From NCBI GenBank assembly GCA_041659805.1, contig JBAZXP010000001.1, positions 576,589 to 640,588 of the forward strand: a stretch of DNA of 64,000 nucleotides, written 5' to 3'. The notes beneath the pieces were generated by a model that was not told where the DNA came from, ran no database searches, and saw only the letters and a list, made by a program, of their open reading frames with translations. Shown here in pieces: positions 1-10,546 of the stretch; position 1 is the first letter of the stretch, and each line of letters starts with the position of its first letter. A program made the translations under genes and the position numbers. The stretch is from Microgenomates group bacterium (GTDB lineage Bacteria > Patescibacteriota > Microgenomatia > Daviesbacterales > UBA10151).

Positions 1-1
1 T

Positions 2-262
2 GGAATAGCCCCGATTGAAGCGATGAGCGCTAAATGTATACCGATACTATTTGATGGTGGGGGATTGCGCGAAACGATTTATAAAGCAGGGTTTAACGAA
101 AGGAATCTTTTTAAATCAATAAATGAACTTGTAGAAAATACAATCTATCATATCGATCATGCCGGTGAGTTAGACTGGACAGGCATTTTTTCAAGAATCG
201 ATTCAGAATTTTCCCTAGATGCTTTTCGTAAGAAGTTTCTAAGTATTTTACAAGAAAAGTAG
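2..262 (+). CDS. C-terminal fragment of a GT4 (glycosyltransferase family 1) enzyme; the 5' end lies outside the window
   Basis: Reading frame is open from base 2. Translation ...GIAPIEAMSAKCIPILFDGGG... matches the conserved EX7E / FG(I/L)APIEAM C-terminal motif of retaining GT-B glycosyltransferases. Confidence 0.6.
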   Translation, partial: GIAPIEAMSAKCIPILFDGGGLRETIYKAGFNERNLFKSINELVENTIYHIDHAGELDWTGIFSRIDSEFSLDAFRKKFLSILQEK

Positions 263-266
263 AGTA

Positions 267-1985
267 TTATTGGATTCGGTACATTTGATCGCCAATTTGT
301 TTTATGTTTTTCTCATTCTCAAATTTTTGTAAAAAAGAAGGAAATTCTTTAAGCACTTCTCTTGGGAATTGCTCAGTATTAAATTTAACTACGTCCGCTT
401 TAGATTTTTTGAGCTCTTTCATAAATATATCTGAATTATTGTCGATAATTGCCCGATATAAAACGTTTGAGAGAGCATACAGATGTGGCATGTCATAGCT
501 GCTGTAGCCATTTACCAAGTAGCATTGATGGTATGTAGAAGCTAGCTGAACCTTACTAATATAGTTTAAACCCGTAATGATATCAGGATAGGCGTTTAAG
601 TGAGTAACAGGAATCTCCAGTAGAACTAATTTCTTTGGTAAGCATAAATTTTTAAGAGTGAATTGATTACTATCAATATATTTTTCTGAATGAGTAGTTA
701 TATTGGTTGGTAAGTATTCAAGGAAGAAAAGAAGAAGCAATATTGCTGAAAGTAAGCGTATGTTTATTTTCATTTGTAGTCTTTTAATTGTTTGGAGAGC
801 AAAATATACGACTGCGATAATGAATAGGAAATACCAACGCGAAGGAGCTCTTACTTCTTCCTGAACCAAAGGCACTATTTTTAGGATTAAGTTGTATGGA
901 GTCGGAATATATGCGTAAGCACCGTTAAAATTTATTCTGGGTCCAAGAGAACTTAAAAAACCCACAATTAAAAGAATCAAAAAAAATAATTGTTCATTAT
1001 TTATGTCAAGTTTAAAAACTAATTTATTTTGGATTTTCTTTACTTCAAAGAGACTAAATATGAAAAGTGTAAAAAGAAGTAACCCCGGAAAAGATGCCTG
1101 TCCACCCATTGTATTTTTATTAAAGTTGTTCCATTTTTCCGCTAGTAATGACTGATGTAATATTGAGTCGATATGCGATGTGAATAAGTAATCGCTCAGA
1201 TGCGCAGAATATGTCACATTCTCTTTGAGTTCATGGCTGATGTTGTATAATTTTTTAGTATCAATAAAATTCTTAATAAAGTATCCATCCAACAGAACAA
1301 AAACAATCAGGATAATGCTTAGATTACGTATTAGGTGTATTCTTTTATCTTTTGTTCTGAGAATTTCAATAGAATAAAAAAGTATAATTATGAGCATTAG
1401 GAAAAATGAAAGATAAGCAGCTGCGAGGAATTGAATTGCTAAAAATATCCCCGCAAAAACCAAATTTCTTCGTTCTGTGTTCGTGCGGGATTTTAAAATA
1501 AAATATAAAGAAAAAAAGAATGGCCAAAAAGAAAGCATTGGAAAGTGGCTTATTTCAAGATGCGTAAATGGAGAAAAAATCGTAAATAAACTTCCAAAGA
1601 ATGCCAAGAAGTTCTTTTTAAAAATTTGTCTCCAAAAAAGAAATGTCGCAAAATAATTTAAAATAAAAGTAATAAAAAAAACAATATTAAAGGAGAGAAT
1701 AACGTTATGAGTGAGTAGATAGAAAGGTGTTTCTATAATTGCTTGGGGTAATAATAAATCAGAAAATAACAGAGAGTTCTTATACGGATAGAAAGCATTT
1801 GTATCAAAGTAACCATTAAAGTTTAAAGTAGTGAGTTTGGAAACATTTTGAAAAATCATCCAATCTATCGTTGGGTAGTCTCTCCAATCCATTAGGTTTG
1901 TAGACATATTAAAAAATAAAGATCGAAAGACAAAGATTAAGATTATGAGATAGAGAACAAAGAATAGAATGAAAGACTTTTTCAT
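267..1985 (-). CDS. Polytopic membrane protein with C-terminal soluble domain; putative GT-C-fold glycosyltransferase
   Basis: 578-aa ORF. Likely ATG start at 1985; the track start at 2003 is GTG. More than 10 predicted hydrophobic helices, then a ~170-aa hydrophilic C-terminal domain. Architecture resembles GT-C (PMT/ArnT/OST-like) enzymes. No family-specific motif was verified. Confidence 0.45.
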   Translation of the reverse strand: MKKSFILFFVLYLIILIFVFRSLFFNMSTNLMDWRDYPTIDWMIFQNVSKLTTLNFNGYFDTNAFYPYKNSLLFSDLLLPQAIIETPFYLLTHNVILSFNIVFFITFILNYFATFLFWRQIFKKNFLAFFGSLFTIFSPFTHLEISHFPMLSFWPFFFSLYFILKSRTNTERRNLVFAGIFLAIQFLAAAYLSFFLMLIIILFYSIEILRTKDKRIHLIRNLSIILIVFVLLDGYFIKNFIDTKKLYNISHELKENVTYSAHLSDYLFTSHIDSILHQSLLAEKWNNFNKNTMGGQASFPGLLLFTLFIFSLFEVKKIQNKLVFKLDINNEQLFFLILLIVGFLSSLGPRINFNGAYAYIPTPYNLILKIVPLVQEEVRAPSRWYFLFIIAVVYFALQTIKRLQMKINIRLLSAILLLLFFLEYLPTNITTHSEKYIDSNQFTLKNLCLPKKLVLLEIPVTHLNAYPDIITGLNYISKVQLASTYHQCYLVNGYSSYDMPHLYALSNVLYRAIIDNNSDIFMKELKKSKADVVKFNTEQFPREVLKEFPSFLQKFENEKNIKQIGDQMYRIQ

Positions 1986-2035
1986 CAATTGCAAATATAT
2001 CACACAACTTTGCTTAATAATACTGAGAAACTATG

Positions 2036-2647
2036 TTATTTTTCTAACAATATTAAAACGTGCATTTTTCTTCCGAACAATAAATTGAAAGGAAAAATAT
2101 AAAGTGGCAAATTGTTTTGCCATTTAAGGATATTTAGTTTATTTAACTTGAATAGCTCTTTCCACTCTTTATCTCGCTGGTAATTATAAACAAGCTTGAC
2201 TCCATATGGTTTATTACCGACCCAATCCATAACCTTTAATATATAGAATTCAAATTTATTTGAGTATATATGGTCTTTTATTAAGATATATCTTTTAGTA
2301 ACTCTCTGAGCTTCTTTTAATAAGACGTTTATATCTGTAGTGTGATGTAGCACATCAACCATCATGCAGAGATCGAATGAGTTATTTTTATAGGGAATTT
2401 TTTTGCCGTTAAAATATTTACATGGAATTAGGCATTTATTCCGTTTAAATACCTCAAGTCCTTGAATTTCTAAAGTTGAGCGTTTTTTCTGAATGATTGA
2501 ACTTATTAACCCATCACCGCAACCAATATCTAAAACACTTTGAGTGTTTTTAGGAATAATGGCATTAATTTTTTGTTCCAGAATATGGATTCTTTTATTG
2601 TGAATTAATTTGTTATGAAGGAATTGAGGGATGTAATTGGTAAGCAT
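2036..2647 (-). CDS. Class I SAM-dependent methyltransferase
   Basis: Motif I VLDIGCGDG, a Rossmann-fold methyltransferase signature. 1-nt stop/start overlap (TAATG) with the upstream GT2 gene suggests translational coupling. Confidence 0.7.
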   Translation of the reverse strand: MLTNYIPQFLHNKLIHNKRIHILEQKINAIIPKNTQSVLDIGCGDGLISSIIQKKRSTLEIQGLEVFKRNKCLIPCKYFNGKKIPYKNNSFDLCMMVDVLHHTTDINVLLKEAQRVTKRYILIKDHIYSNKFEFYILKVMDWVGNKPYGVKLVYNYQRDKEWKELFKLNKLNILKWQNNLPLYIFPFNLLFGRKMHVLILLEK

Positions 2648-3804
2648 TAAAATCTTGACTTTCTGGGGAGTAGAATTATTCCCAAGAAAAAGGTATTAAA
2701 AAATACTTGAAAGCCTAATTGAATAAGAAAAGCAGCTGGGATTACCATTCTCATCGTGACACTGTAATCTAATGCTCCGAAACCTTGTTGATACCATCCA
2801 AGAAATGTTTTAGCAACTATGATTAAACCCAGTAATAATGCAACTCCACATATTAACGTGGCTCTGTTTAAATGTTTTTTTATTAAAGTGAAAGCTAGCG
2901 GGTGGGTAGTCGGAATAATATTGTATTGGTGAAGGAAAATCTTTGTAAATAACCCTAAGAAAAGAATTTGAATACCGATTGAAATAAAGGTCGCGGAAAT
3001 TAGTAATGTATGAACATCTAGATTTATTCCGAATATTTCTGCAGGTTTAAATAGTGTTAAGACAAATAAGACTGTTCCGCTTGAGATTAGAAATAAACCC
3101 GGTCCCAGGAATAACCAGTCTGGTGCAAAAAGCAGCATAAAATGCAATGTTTTAAATCCGTCATGCCAGGTTTTTAAATGAGGTTTCCTTTGGCGGCCGT
3201 CTTTGTGTAAGGTGATAGGGGTTTCGGCAATCTTCATGTTTAAAATACTTGCTTTGGCAACCATCTCTATTGCATATTCCATGCCTGTAGTCTGTAGTGC
3301 CATCTTCTTCCACGCCTTTTTGGTAAAAGCACGAAGACCACAATAAAAATCTCCAACAGGTGAGTGAAAGAAAATCCTACCTAAAAGCGATAACATTGGG
3401 TTCCCAAAGAGTTGATGTTGCCATGGCATAGCACCGGGCATAATTTTCCCGGCAAAGCGGTTGCCCATTACTAAATCAAAACCTTGTTGCGTTTTTTCTA
3501 CAAAGGGGGTTATTTCAGAAAAATCGTAACTATCATCGGCGTCACCCATTATGATGTATTCGCCCTTCGCTTGTTCTATACCGTTTTGCAGCGCCGAGCC
3601 ATATCCTTTTTCGGAAACGTGAACAACCCTGGCGCCTTCCTTCTTAGCTATCTGTATTGATTTATCGGTGCTGCCATTGTCAGCTACAATAATCTCATAT
3701 TTTAGTTTAAGGGATCGGAATGATTTATGTATTTTTTTTATACAGGTTGCAAGCGTCCGTTCCTCATTTAAACATGGCATAACGACTGAAAAATCATATT
3801 TCAT
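2647..3804 (-). CDS. GT2 polyprenyl-phosphate glycosyltransferase (DPM1/GtrB/ArnC-like) with C-terminal transmembrane region
   Basis: N-terminal VVMPCLNEE...ADNGSTD...GDADDS (DxD) GT-A motifs. C-terminal ~120 aa has 2-4 hydrophobic helices, as in GtrB/ArnC. The ATG at 3802-3804 is preferred over the TTG at 3840. Confidence 0.75.
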   Translation of the reverse strand: MKYDFSVVMPCLNEERTLATCIKKIHKSFRSLKLKYEIIVADNGSTDKSIQIAKKEGARVVHVSEKGYGSALQNGIEQAKGEYIIMGDADDSYDFSEITPFVEKTQQGFDLVMGNRFAGKIMPGAMPWQHQLFGNPMLSLLGRIFFHSPVGDFYCGLRAFTKKAWKKMALQTTGMEYAIEMVAKASILNMKIAETPITLHKDGRQRKPHLKTWHDGFKTLHFMLLFAPDWLFLGPGLFLISSGTVLFVLTLFKPAEIFGINLDVHTLLISATFISIGIQILFLGLFTKIFLHQYNIIPTTHPLAFTLIKKHLNRATLICGVALLLGLIIVAKTFLGWYQQGFGALDYSVTMRMVIPAAFLIQLGFQVFFNTFFLGIILLPRKSRF

Positions 3805-3844
3805 TGATTGAATCTTAGTAGAGAAGTTAAGAAAATTCAATAGA

Positions 3845-4432
3845 TTAATCAGGTAATTTTTTAAGAATTATTAGATTGTTCCAGCCGAATTCAAAATAAG
3901 AATGAAAAACTGCTTGTTTTTTGTTTGTCTTAATTAATTTTAAAATACTTTCTTTATCAAAATAACCTTTATGTTCTTCAAGTTCACGTCGTGATATAAG
4001 ATTGAATTTATAGCAAAGAATTTCCAAAATTTTTTTACTTTTTTTAGAGGGAGTTGTAAAAATTGCCTTACCGTCCTTTTTTAGTACTCTGAAGATATCA
4101 TTCATAATATCTTCAGGATTGTTGAGATGCTCCAAAACTGCAAATCCGGTTAAAATATCGACAGATCCGGAAGGAAGGGGGATGGCGTTTGACATAGGTT
4201 TACGGATTAATCGGACATTCTTAAGCTCGACATCTTGTGCTAATGGATCTATACCAAAATATTGTTTGATTTTTATCTGATTTTTTTGTGCAAATTTATA
4301 AAAACGTATTTTGGGACCACACCCAATGTCCGCTAAAATCAATGGTTTGTTTTTAGGTATTTCAGCGACTCCTTTCATATAGCGAAAATAACGGGCGATA
4401 GGTTCTAACAATGCCTCCTCTGAAATATGCAT
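3845..4432 (-). CDS. Class I SAM-dependent methyltransferase
   Basis: Motif I LADIGCGP and a downstream acidic-loop motif. ~195 aa, typical Methyltransf_11/23 size. Confidence 0.7.
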   Translation of the reverse strand: MHISEEALLEPIARYFRYMKGVAEIPKNKPLILADIGCGPKIRFYKFAQKNQIKIKQYFGIDPLAQDVELKNVRLIRKPMSNAIPLPSGSVDILTGFAVLEHLNNPEDIMNDIFRVLKKDGKAIFTTPSKKSKKILEILCYKFNLISRRELEEHKGYFDKESILKLIKTNKKQAVFHSYFEFGWNNLIILKKLPD

Positions 4433-4434
4433 GA

Positions 4435-5166
4435 TTAACGTGATAGAAGATTAAACCTTATGATTTCCCAAAGGGCGTTTATACCGTCTTTCCAACCAAT
4501 CTTCTTCCCCTCCTCGTAAGTTCGTCCATAATACGATATGCCGACCTCAAAAATTTTTAGTCTTTTATCTTTTGATATTCTTGCAGTGAGCTCCGGCTCG
4601 ATACCGAACCTTTTACTTACCAGTCTTGGTGCAATGGATCTGATTAAATCTCCTCTGAAAACTTTGTATCCGGTTTCCATGTCAGTAAGGTTAAGGTTCG
4701 TTAACATATTCGAAAAAGAAGTTAAAAAACGATTTACCTGATAATGCCAAAAAAACAAGACACGATGAGGTCTGTTAGAAATGAATCTTGATCCATAGAC
4801 AACGTCGGCACTGTGTTTTATAAATGGTTCCATAAGTAAAGGGTAGTCTTCAGGGTTATATTCCAGATCAGCGTCTTGTACCAAAACTATGTCTCCGGTA
4901 GTAGCTAAAAACCCATCTTTTAAGGCTGCTCCTTTACCGGCATTCTTTTTTTTAAAAATAGTTTTGAAAGAAATATATTTATTTTTTTTCTCGAAAAGCT
5001 CTACTGTTGCCTTGATTTGCTCAACTGATTTATCTTTTGACCCGTCATCGACCAGGATGATTTCTTTATGAAAACCGTTTGCAGAAGAATCAATCACTGC
5101 CTCAACAGTTTTTTGGATGAATCCTTCTTCATTATAAACAGGGATGACTATCGACAATTTATTCAT
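4435..5166 (-). CDS. GT2 glycosyltransferase, dolichyl/polyprenyl-phosphate sugar synthase-like (soluble)
   Basis: SIVIPVYNEE...LVDDGSKD...VQDADLE motifs (GT-A DXD). 243 aa, no TM segment. Confidence 0.75.
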   Translation of the reverse strand: MNKLSIVIPVYNEEGFIQKTVEAVIDSSANGFHKEIILVDDGSKDKSVEQIKATVELFEKKNKYISFKTIFKKKNAGKGAALKDGFLATTGDIVLVQDADLEYNPEDYPLLMEPFIKHSADVVYGSRFISNRPHRVLFFWHYQVNRFLTSFSNMLTNLNLTDMETGYKVFRGDLIRSIAPRLVSKRFGIEPELTARISKDKRLKIFEVGISYYGRTYEEGKKIGWKDGINALWEIIRFNLLSR

Positions 5167-5169
5167 TCA

Positions 5170-6861
5170 ATGATTGATTATTACACAATGATTATATTTC
5201 TTTCAATTACCTGCTATTATTATGTCATGAAATTTTTAAAAGCACATACCTTTTTTCTATTTTTCTTTTTTATATTTTGCTTACTTCTTTTTAAGGATGT
5301 TTTTTCTGCTCGAACCTTAATTTCAAATATGGAACCTTTCCCGGATAGTATTCATTATGTTAATGCTGTTAGAAGTTTGTTGAGTGGAGATGGATTATTT
5401 ATTGTTAGAGAAGGAAGGGCTCTGGCTACATCTGTCCCGCCTTTATATTCCTTCTTCTTGGCTCCAGCATATATTTTAAATAATGATCCAAGAATGTTTT
5501 ATTTTATAAACGTTTTGCTTGCTCTAGCATCTTATTTTATTTTCTACCGTTTATTAATCATATTAGTAAATAATTCAATTATTAGAAATTTCATTTTATT
5601 TTTGTATATTACAAATTATTATTTATACTGGTTCCCGAACTTGGCTATGGCGGAAAATTTAATTCTTTTTCTTTTCGTTTCTTTTCTGATGCTTCTTTTA
5701 TCTAAAGCTAGCAGGTTTAATATTTTTATGGCAGGTTTATTAGCTATTTCGTTTTACGCAACCAAATACGCAAGTGTACCGTTAACAGCCTGCGCACTTT
5801 TGGCTTATTTTATTAAACTCATTTATCTTTGGCGGAACGGAAAATTGAAAATTAAGGGTTTCCTTCTTTTCTTTAGTAGTTCTTTTATAGCTTTTATGGC
5901 ATTTTCTCTTAGTGAATATATAACTAAAAATGTTATTCCTTTTAGTTTTTTAATAACTTTTGGTTCTAATTTTAGCAGTCAAACGAGTCAAAGTGCAGAA
6001 CAAGTGAGTGCAGCTCCTCGCTGGTTTTCTCTTGTATATGCTAAAGAAAATATAAGCCATTATTTAAATGTTATAACAGGCGGATCAGAGAGATTTCTGT
6101 GGGATTTTTCACCAATGGCTCCAAGATTTGTCGCTATTAGTGGGTTGTTAGGATTGATCCTCGGGATATTAACGAAAACCCACCGGCTTATTAGTATTAC
6201 ACTTTTAATTATGCTTGTAAGTTCGGTTTTATTTATGTCAACTTTTTATTCTGTCGACATGCGTTATATTTATCAAACTATTCCAACTCTTTTGTTGGGG
6301 TTTGGGATATTTATGCAGATTATTGTTAATAGAATAAAAAAACCTCAATTAAAGATTCTTTTTTATATTGGCCTAGCTTTTTTGATAATCTTTTATTTCA
6401 GTTTAAATGCTTTAAGAATTAAAAATCAAATAATGCTTAACATTAAGCATAGCGAAACTCCGTGGTATTACATGACTGTCCAGGAATTAAACAAATATTT
6501 TACTTCTGATAAAATATTGGTGGGCAAAAAACCAATTGTGATTTCTCCAATACCACCGTATTATATAGACTTTTTTTCAAACGGGAACTATACTCTTATG
6601 CCTTTGTCCCCACAGCAGGAATTTAGAAATTCTAAAGAAACTGTTTACGGACCAAATGACTATTCGGATTTGATTAAACTCTACCAAACTTATATCAAAA
6701 ATGGATATGGAGTATATGTTAATAAATATGGGATTGGTAATGAAAGTTATCTGAATGAAGATTTTCAGAATATAGTAAGTCGGTTTAAATTGATTGAAGT
6801 GGCATCAGGTTGTTTCGATGCATGCAATATTTACAAGGTCGAGTTAAAAACAGGTATTTGA
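5170..6861 (+). CDS. Polytopic membrane protein; putative GT-C-like glycosyltransferase
   Basis: Track ORF starts at 5068 but overlaps the upstream minus-strand gene; the in-frame ATG at 5170 was chosen. More than 10 hydrophobic helices followed by a ~170-aa hydrophilic C-terminal domain. Confidence 0.45.
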   Translation: MIDYYTMIIFLSITCYYYVMKFLKAHTFFLFFFFIFCLLLFKDVFSARTLISNMEPFPDSIHYVNAVRSLLSGDGLFIVREGRALATSVPPLYSFFLAPAYILNNDPRMFYFINVLLALASYFIFYRLLIILVNNSIIRNFILFLYITNYYLYWFPNLAMAENLILFLFVSFLMLLLSKASRFNIFMAGLLAISFYATKYASVPLTACALLAYFIKLIYLWRNGKLKIKGFLLFFSSSFIAFMAFSLSEYITKNVIPFSFLITFGSNFSSQTSQSAEQVSAAPRWFSLVYAKENISHYLNVITGGSERFLWDFSPMAPRFVAISGLLGLILGILTKTHRLISITLLIMLVSSVLFMSTFYSVDMRYIYQTIPTLLLGFGIFMQIIVNRIKKPQLKILFYIGLAFLIIFYFSLNALRIKNQIMLNIKHSETPWYYMTVQELNKYFTSDKILVGKKPIVISPIPPYYIDFFSNGNYTLMPLSPQQEFRNSKETVYGPNDYSDLIKLYQTYIKNGYGVYVNKYGIGNESYLNEDFQNIVSRFKLIEVASGCFDACNIYKVELKTGI

Positions 6862-6865
6862 GCTT

Positions 6866-8764
6866 ATGGATAGCGTTGTTGAGGTTTTTAAATTTTTGAC
6901 TGGGACAGTTTTTGCTATTTTAGTAGGAGCTTCTTTAATTGTTAGATTAGAGAAAAAAATATCCGTTAATATTTTATTAATTTCTTTGGTATTAGGGATC
7001 GTATTAATTTCTTTTATTTATTTATTTTTTACTTATTTGAAAATACCATTTTCGGCGATCAATCTCTTTTTGATTCTATTCGTTTTGATAAGAATGTTCA
7101 AATTTAAGCCTCAATTAGAATTGCATCTTCGTAATTTAATTTTACCTGTTATTTTTACTTTCACGGGGACTATTTTGTTGAACAGCAAATTATTTTTTGA
7201 GGGCTTTGATAAAAATGGGGGATTTATGTTGGCTAAAGGAAATGTTGATGCGCTGTGGCATATAGCACTGCAAGAATCATTAAAAATATCTGTGCCCCCT
7301 GTAAACCCTTTGTATTCCGGACAAATTTTATCGGGGTACCATTATTTAAATGATATATATTGGTCTTGGTTTAGTAGGGTTTTTGATATAACAACTATTA
7401 ATCTTTGTATCTTTTGGGCTCCTTTATTTATTTCAATGTTATTTGTTGCAACTACGCTATTGCTTACACTAAAGATATTTGGTGATAAAAGAGTTGCATA
7501 TGTTGCTTCGAGCATTGTAGTTTTTACATCGAGTTTGTCTTTTATAGCTCCGCTATTTTTCTCTAAAGCAGGGTTTCATCAATCTGTTTTTTGGTTGGAT
7601 CAACCGACGTACTATATTTTTAATCAACAATTGACCTTATCGATTGCAATTATAAATATAATTCTATTTTTGTTTATAAGTTCGTACAGGAAATGGTGGT
7701 GGGCGATAGGATTGCTTGTAGGAAGCTTAGCCGGAGTTAAGGTTTATGGATTGCTTATCATTTTCCCTGCTATTTCATTAATAGGTTTTTATCTTTGGTA
7801 TAAAAAGAAAGATTGGAATTATATTGGCTTACTTTTGTTATCGATTTTTATTTCTGTTTTTACAGTTTTTATTGAGGGTTCAAGCTCAGGATTTCCGTTT
7901 TACCTTGATCCAGGATTATTGATTCGGTCAATGTTTACTGATCCTTGGAGATTAAGCTATCCTGACTGGGAGGTTCATAGGCTTATTTTAGTAGAGCGGC
8001 ATGATTGGCTTAGATTAGCTTATCTTTGGGTTAAAGGACTAGCTATTTTTCTAATCGGAAATTTTAATTTAAAAATTTTATCGTTATTTTTTATTCCGAT
8101 TTTATTAAGAAATAAAAAATTATCTAAGGATAATAAAATTATTTTGTTGTTTTCATCAGTAATCATTGTATTAAGTATAAGTTCCGGTCTTTTGTTGGCA
8201 CAAAGAGCTGTTTCTTGGAATGTTGTTCAATTTCTCGTATATGCGCAGTTACCGTTAGTGGTAGTATTGGTATTTTGTGTCACAAAACTTTTGAATTACA
8301 GATACCAAGTTATAGTTTTTATTCTTATCTTTATTGTTGGAGTTCCTTCATCACTTCATCCGTTAAAATTTCATTCAAATATAAATTCATATATTTATTA
8401 TTCACCTGAGTTTATGAATATTTTGCAACAGGTTAGAACACTTCCGCCTAGTGTACAGATTATTGTAGGGGAAAAATATTACCTAAATAGTGTGGCGCCT
8501 GCTTTTGCAGGCCGTGGAGTTTATCTGGCAGATATCAATGTTCTTGATTTATTGCTTCCCTTCAGTGCAAAAGACAGAATCGAATATATTAAACAATTAG
8601 AAAATAGAGAAATCGAATGTCAGCCGAATCAGTATCTCATTTCTGATAAAAATCAAACGATTAGCTTACAAAATCAAAACGAATTTCAATTTGAAATAAT
8701 TTCTGAACGACGTAAGGTCTATCTTTTTAAATGTGAAAAAAGAAGTAGTTTACTGATTGATTGA
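6866..8764 (+). CDS. Polytopic membrane protein with C-terminal extracytoplasmic domain (GT-C-like architecture)
   Basis: 632-aa ORF, ATG start. Many TM helices, then a hydrophilic ~130-aa C-terminus. Immediately follows the previous gene (4-nt gap). Confidence 0.45.
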   Translation: MDSVVEVFKFLTGTVFAILVGASLIVRLEKKISVNILLISLVLGIVLISFIYLFFTYLKIPFSAINLFLILFVLIRMFKFKPQLELHLRNLILPVIFTFTGTILLNSKLFFEGFDKNGGFMLAKGNVDALWHIALQESLKISVPPVNPLYSGQILSGYHYLNDIYWSWFSRVFDITTINLCIFWAPLFISMLFVATTLLLTLKIFGDKRVAYVASSIVVFTSSLSFIAPLFFSKAGFHQSVFWLDQPTYYIFNQQLTLSIAIINIILFLFISSYRKWWWAIGLLVGSLAGVKVYGLLIIFPAISLIGFYLWYKKKDWNYIGLLLLSIFISVFTVFIEGSSSGFPFYLDPGLLIRSMFTDPWRLSYPDWEVHRLILVERHDWLRLAYLWVKGLAIFLIGNFNLKILSLFFIPILLRNKKLSKDNKIILLFSSVIIVLSISSGLLLAQRAVSWNVVQFLVYAQLPLVVVLVFCVTKLLNYRYQVIVFILIFIVGVPSSLHPLKFHSNINSYIYYSPEFMNILQQVRTLPPSVQIIVGEKYYLNSVAPAFAGRGVYLADINVLDLLLPFSAKDRIEYIKQLENREIECQPNQYLISDKNQTISLQNQNEFQFEIISERRKVYLFKCEKRSSLLID

Positions 8765-8788
8765 GTTTATGCTAATCTCTGCTGCAGA

Positions 8789-9568
8789 ATGAGTTTTTTA
8801 TATGATTGGTTTACTCCTAATATCCCTGTTTGGGAAAAGACTTTAAAGGGTTATAAGAATAAAGATAATCTTCTTTTTTTGGAAATCGGATGTTTTGAAG
8901 GGCAGGCAACCTCGTGGCTTTTAAAAAATGTATTGACTCATCCTAGTTCAAAAATAGTGGTAATAGATACTTTTCAAGGCGGTGACGACCAAAAAGATTT
9001 CGGAGTTAAAACTGGTAAGTTATTTGAAAGATTTAAAGAGAATTTAAAGGATTATATTTCTGAAAATCCTAAGATGAATAAAATTATTATTAAAAAAGGT
9101 TTTTCAGGAGAGGTTTTAAGGTTACTATCAGGAGAGTTTGATTTTATTTATGTTGACGGTTCGCATATTGCCAAAGACGTATTGGAAGATATTGTATTGA
9201 GCTGGAATTTATTGAAGGATAACGGAATAATAATTTTTGATGATTATGGATGGGATCGTTACAAGGATGAAACATTGAATCCCACACCCGCAATAAATTC
9301 TTTTTTAAAGGTATATAAGGGTTGGTACAGAATTTTACATTCCGGTTATCAAATAGTAGTGCAAAAAAAAGGCAAAAAAAATTATACGAATAAATCAACT
9401 GGAATTTTATATAAAAAATTGATATTAGCAGATTATTGTTCTAGACAAGAGATTAATGAATACTCTGAATTGATACAATTTAACAAAGTTATCAAAAATT
9501 CGAAATTCTATAAATTTTGGAGGATATATTGTGGTTTAAAAGATTACTTTAAACATAAACAAGATTGA
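8789..9568 (+). CDS. SAM-dependent methyltransferase (Methyltransf_24/TylF-like class I)
   Basis: LEIGCFEGQAT (motif I), VVIDTF and FDFIYVDGSH motifs typical of the macrocin-O-methyltransferase-like family. Confidence 0.6.
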   Translation: MSFLYDWFTPNIPVWEKTLKGYKNKDNLLFLEIGCFEGQATSWLLKNVLTHPSSKIVVIDTFQGGDDQKDFGVKTGKLFERFKENLKDYISENPKMNKIIIKKGFSGEVLRLLSGEFDFIYVDGSHIAKDVLEDIVLSWNLLKDNGIIIFDDYGWDRYKDETLNPTPAINSFLKVYKGWYRILHSGYQIVVQKKGKKNYTNKSTGILYKKLILADYCSRQEINEYSELIQFNKVIKNSKFYKFWRIYCGLKDYFKHKQD

Positions 9569-9576
9569 TTTATCTT

Positions 9577-10536
9577 ATGAAGAAGCAAACGAAGATTATA
9601 TTATGTGGCTCTATTGCAATAGATCGGATTATGAGCTTTTCAGGAAAATATAAAGATGTTTTAGACCTTGCTGAAAACGATGTGCTTTCAATCAGTGTTT
9701 TTTTATCCAATTTAAAAAATAATTATGGCGGGGTAGGAGCGAATATTGCTTATACGTTGGCTTTATTGGGAGACAAACCGATATTAGTTGGGTCTGTTGG
9801 AAAAGAAGCCTCTCTTTATTTACAGAAACTTTTATCTTTAGGGATAGATATATCAAATATCCACCTAAGTGATCTTGAAACAGCGTCTTTTAATGTAATT
9901 ACAGATGGGATGAATAATCAAATAGGTGGTTTTTACCCTGGCGCGATGTTTGATAGCGATAAACAAACACTCAAAAAATGGAAAGATAAAAATGTATTAG
10001 TGATAATTTCACCTCATGATCCTAAAGCAATGAGACGACAAATAGAAGAATGCTCCAAGTATAAATTTCAGATGTGCTACGACATCGGACAACAGGTATT
10101 AAATACATCTAAGGAGGATCTTATATTCGGTCTTTCAAAAGCGGATATCCTTATTTTAAATGAGTTTGAAATGAAAGCTTTATGTAAAAAAACGAATAAT
10201 TCCCAAGTTTTACTTAAATCAAAAATTCCTTTAGTTATTACTACTTTTGGAGAAAAAGGTTCGGTTATTGAGGGAAAGGATCTGTCTTCAAAAATTAAAA
10301 TTGATTCTATAAAACTTGATGAAATTATTGATCCGACCGGAGCCGGGGACGCATATAGGGGAGGATTTTTTTATGGGTATGCCAGAGGATTTGATTTAAG
10401 AACCTGCGGACAAATGGGAGCTTTGGCTGCCGCCTATGCAATCGGAAAACACGGAACACAGGAACATTCATTTACCAAAGAGGAATATACTAAAAAATAT
10501 GAGTCTTGTTTTGGTGAAAAGTTGTTGTTAATATAG
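9577..10536 (+). CDS. PfkB-family carbohydrate/nucleoside kinase, probably adenosine kinase
   Basis: C-terminal [13 protein letters not shown] anion-hole/catalytic motif of ribokinase/PfkB kinases. The ATG at 9577 is preferred over the TTG at 9565. Sits immediately upstream of ahcY. Confidence 0.7.
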   Translation: MKKQTKIILCGSIAIDRIMSFSGKYKDVLDLAENDVLSISVFLSNLKNNYGGVGANIAYTLALLGDKPILVGSVGKEASLYLQKLLSLGIDISNIHLSDLETASFNVITDGMNNQIGGFYPGAMFDSDKQTLKKWKDKNVLVIISPHDPKAMRRQIEECSKYKFQMCYDIGQQVLNTSKEDLIFGLSKADILILNEFEMKALCKKTNNSQVLLKSKIPLVITTFGEKGSVIEGKDLSSKIKIDSIKLDEIIDPTGAGDAYRGGFFYGYARGFDLRTCGQMGALAAAYAIGKHGTQEHSFTKEEYTKKYESCFGEKLLLI

Positions 10537-10546
10537 CAAAACGAAT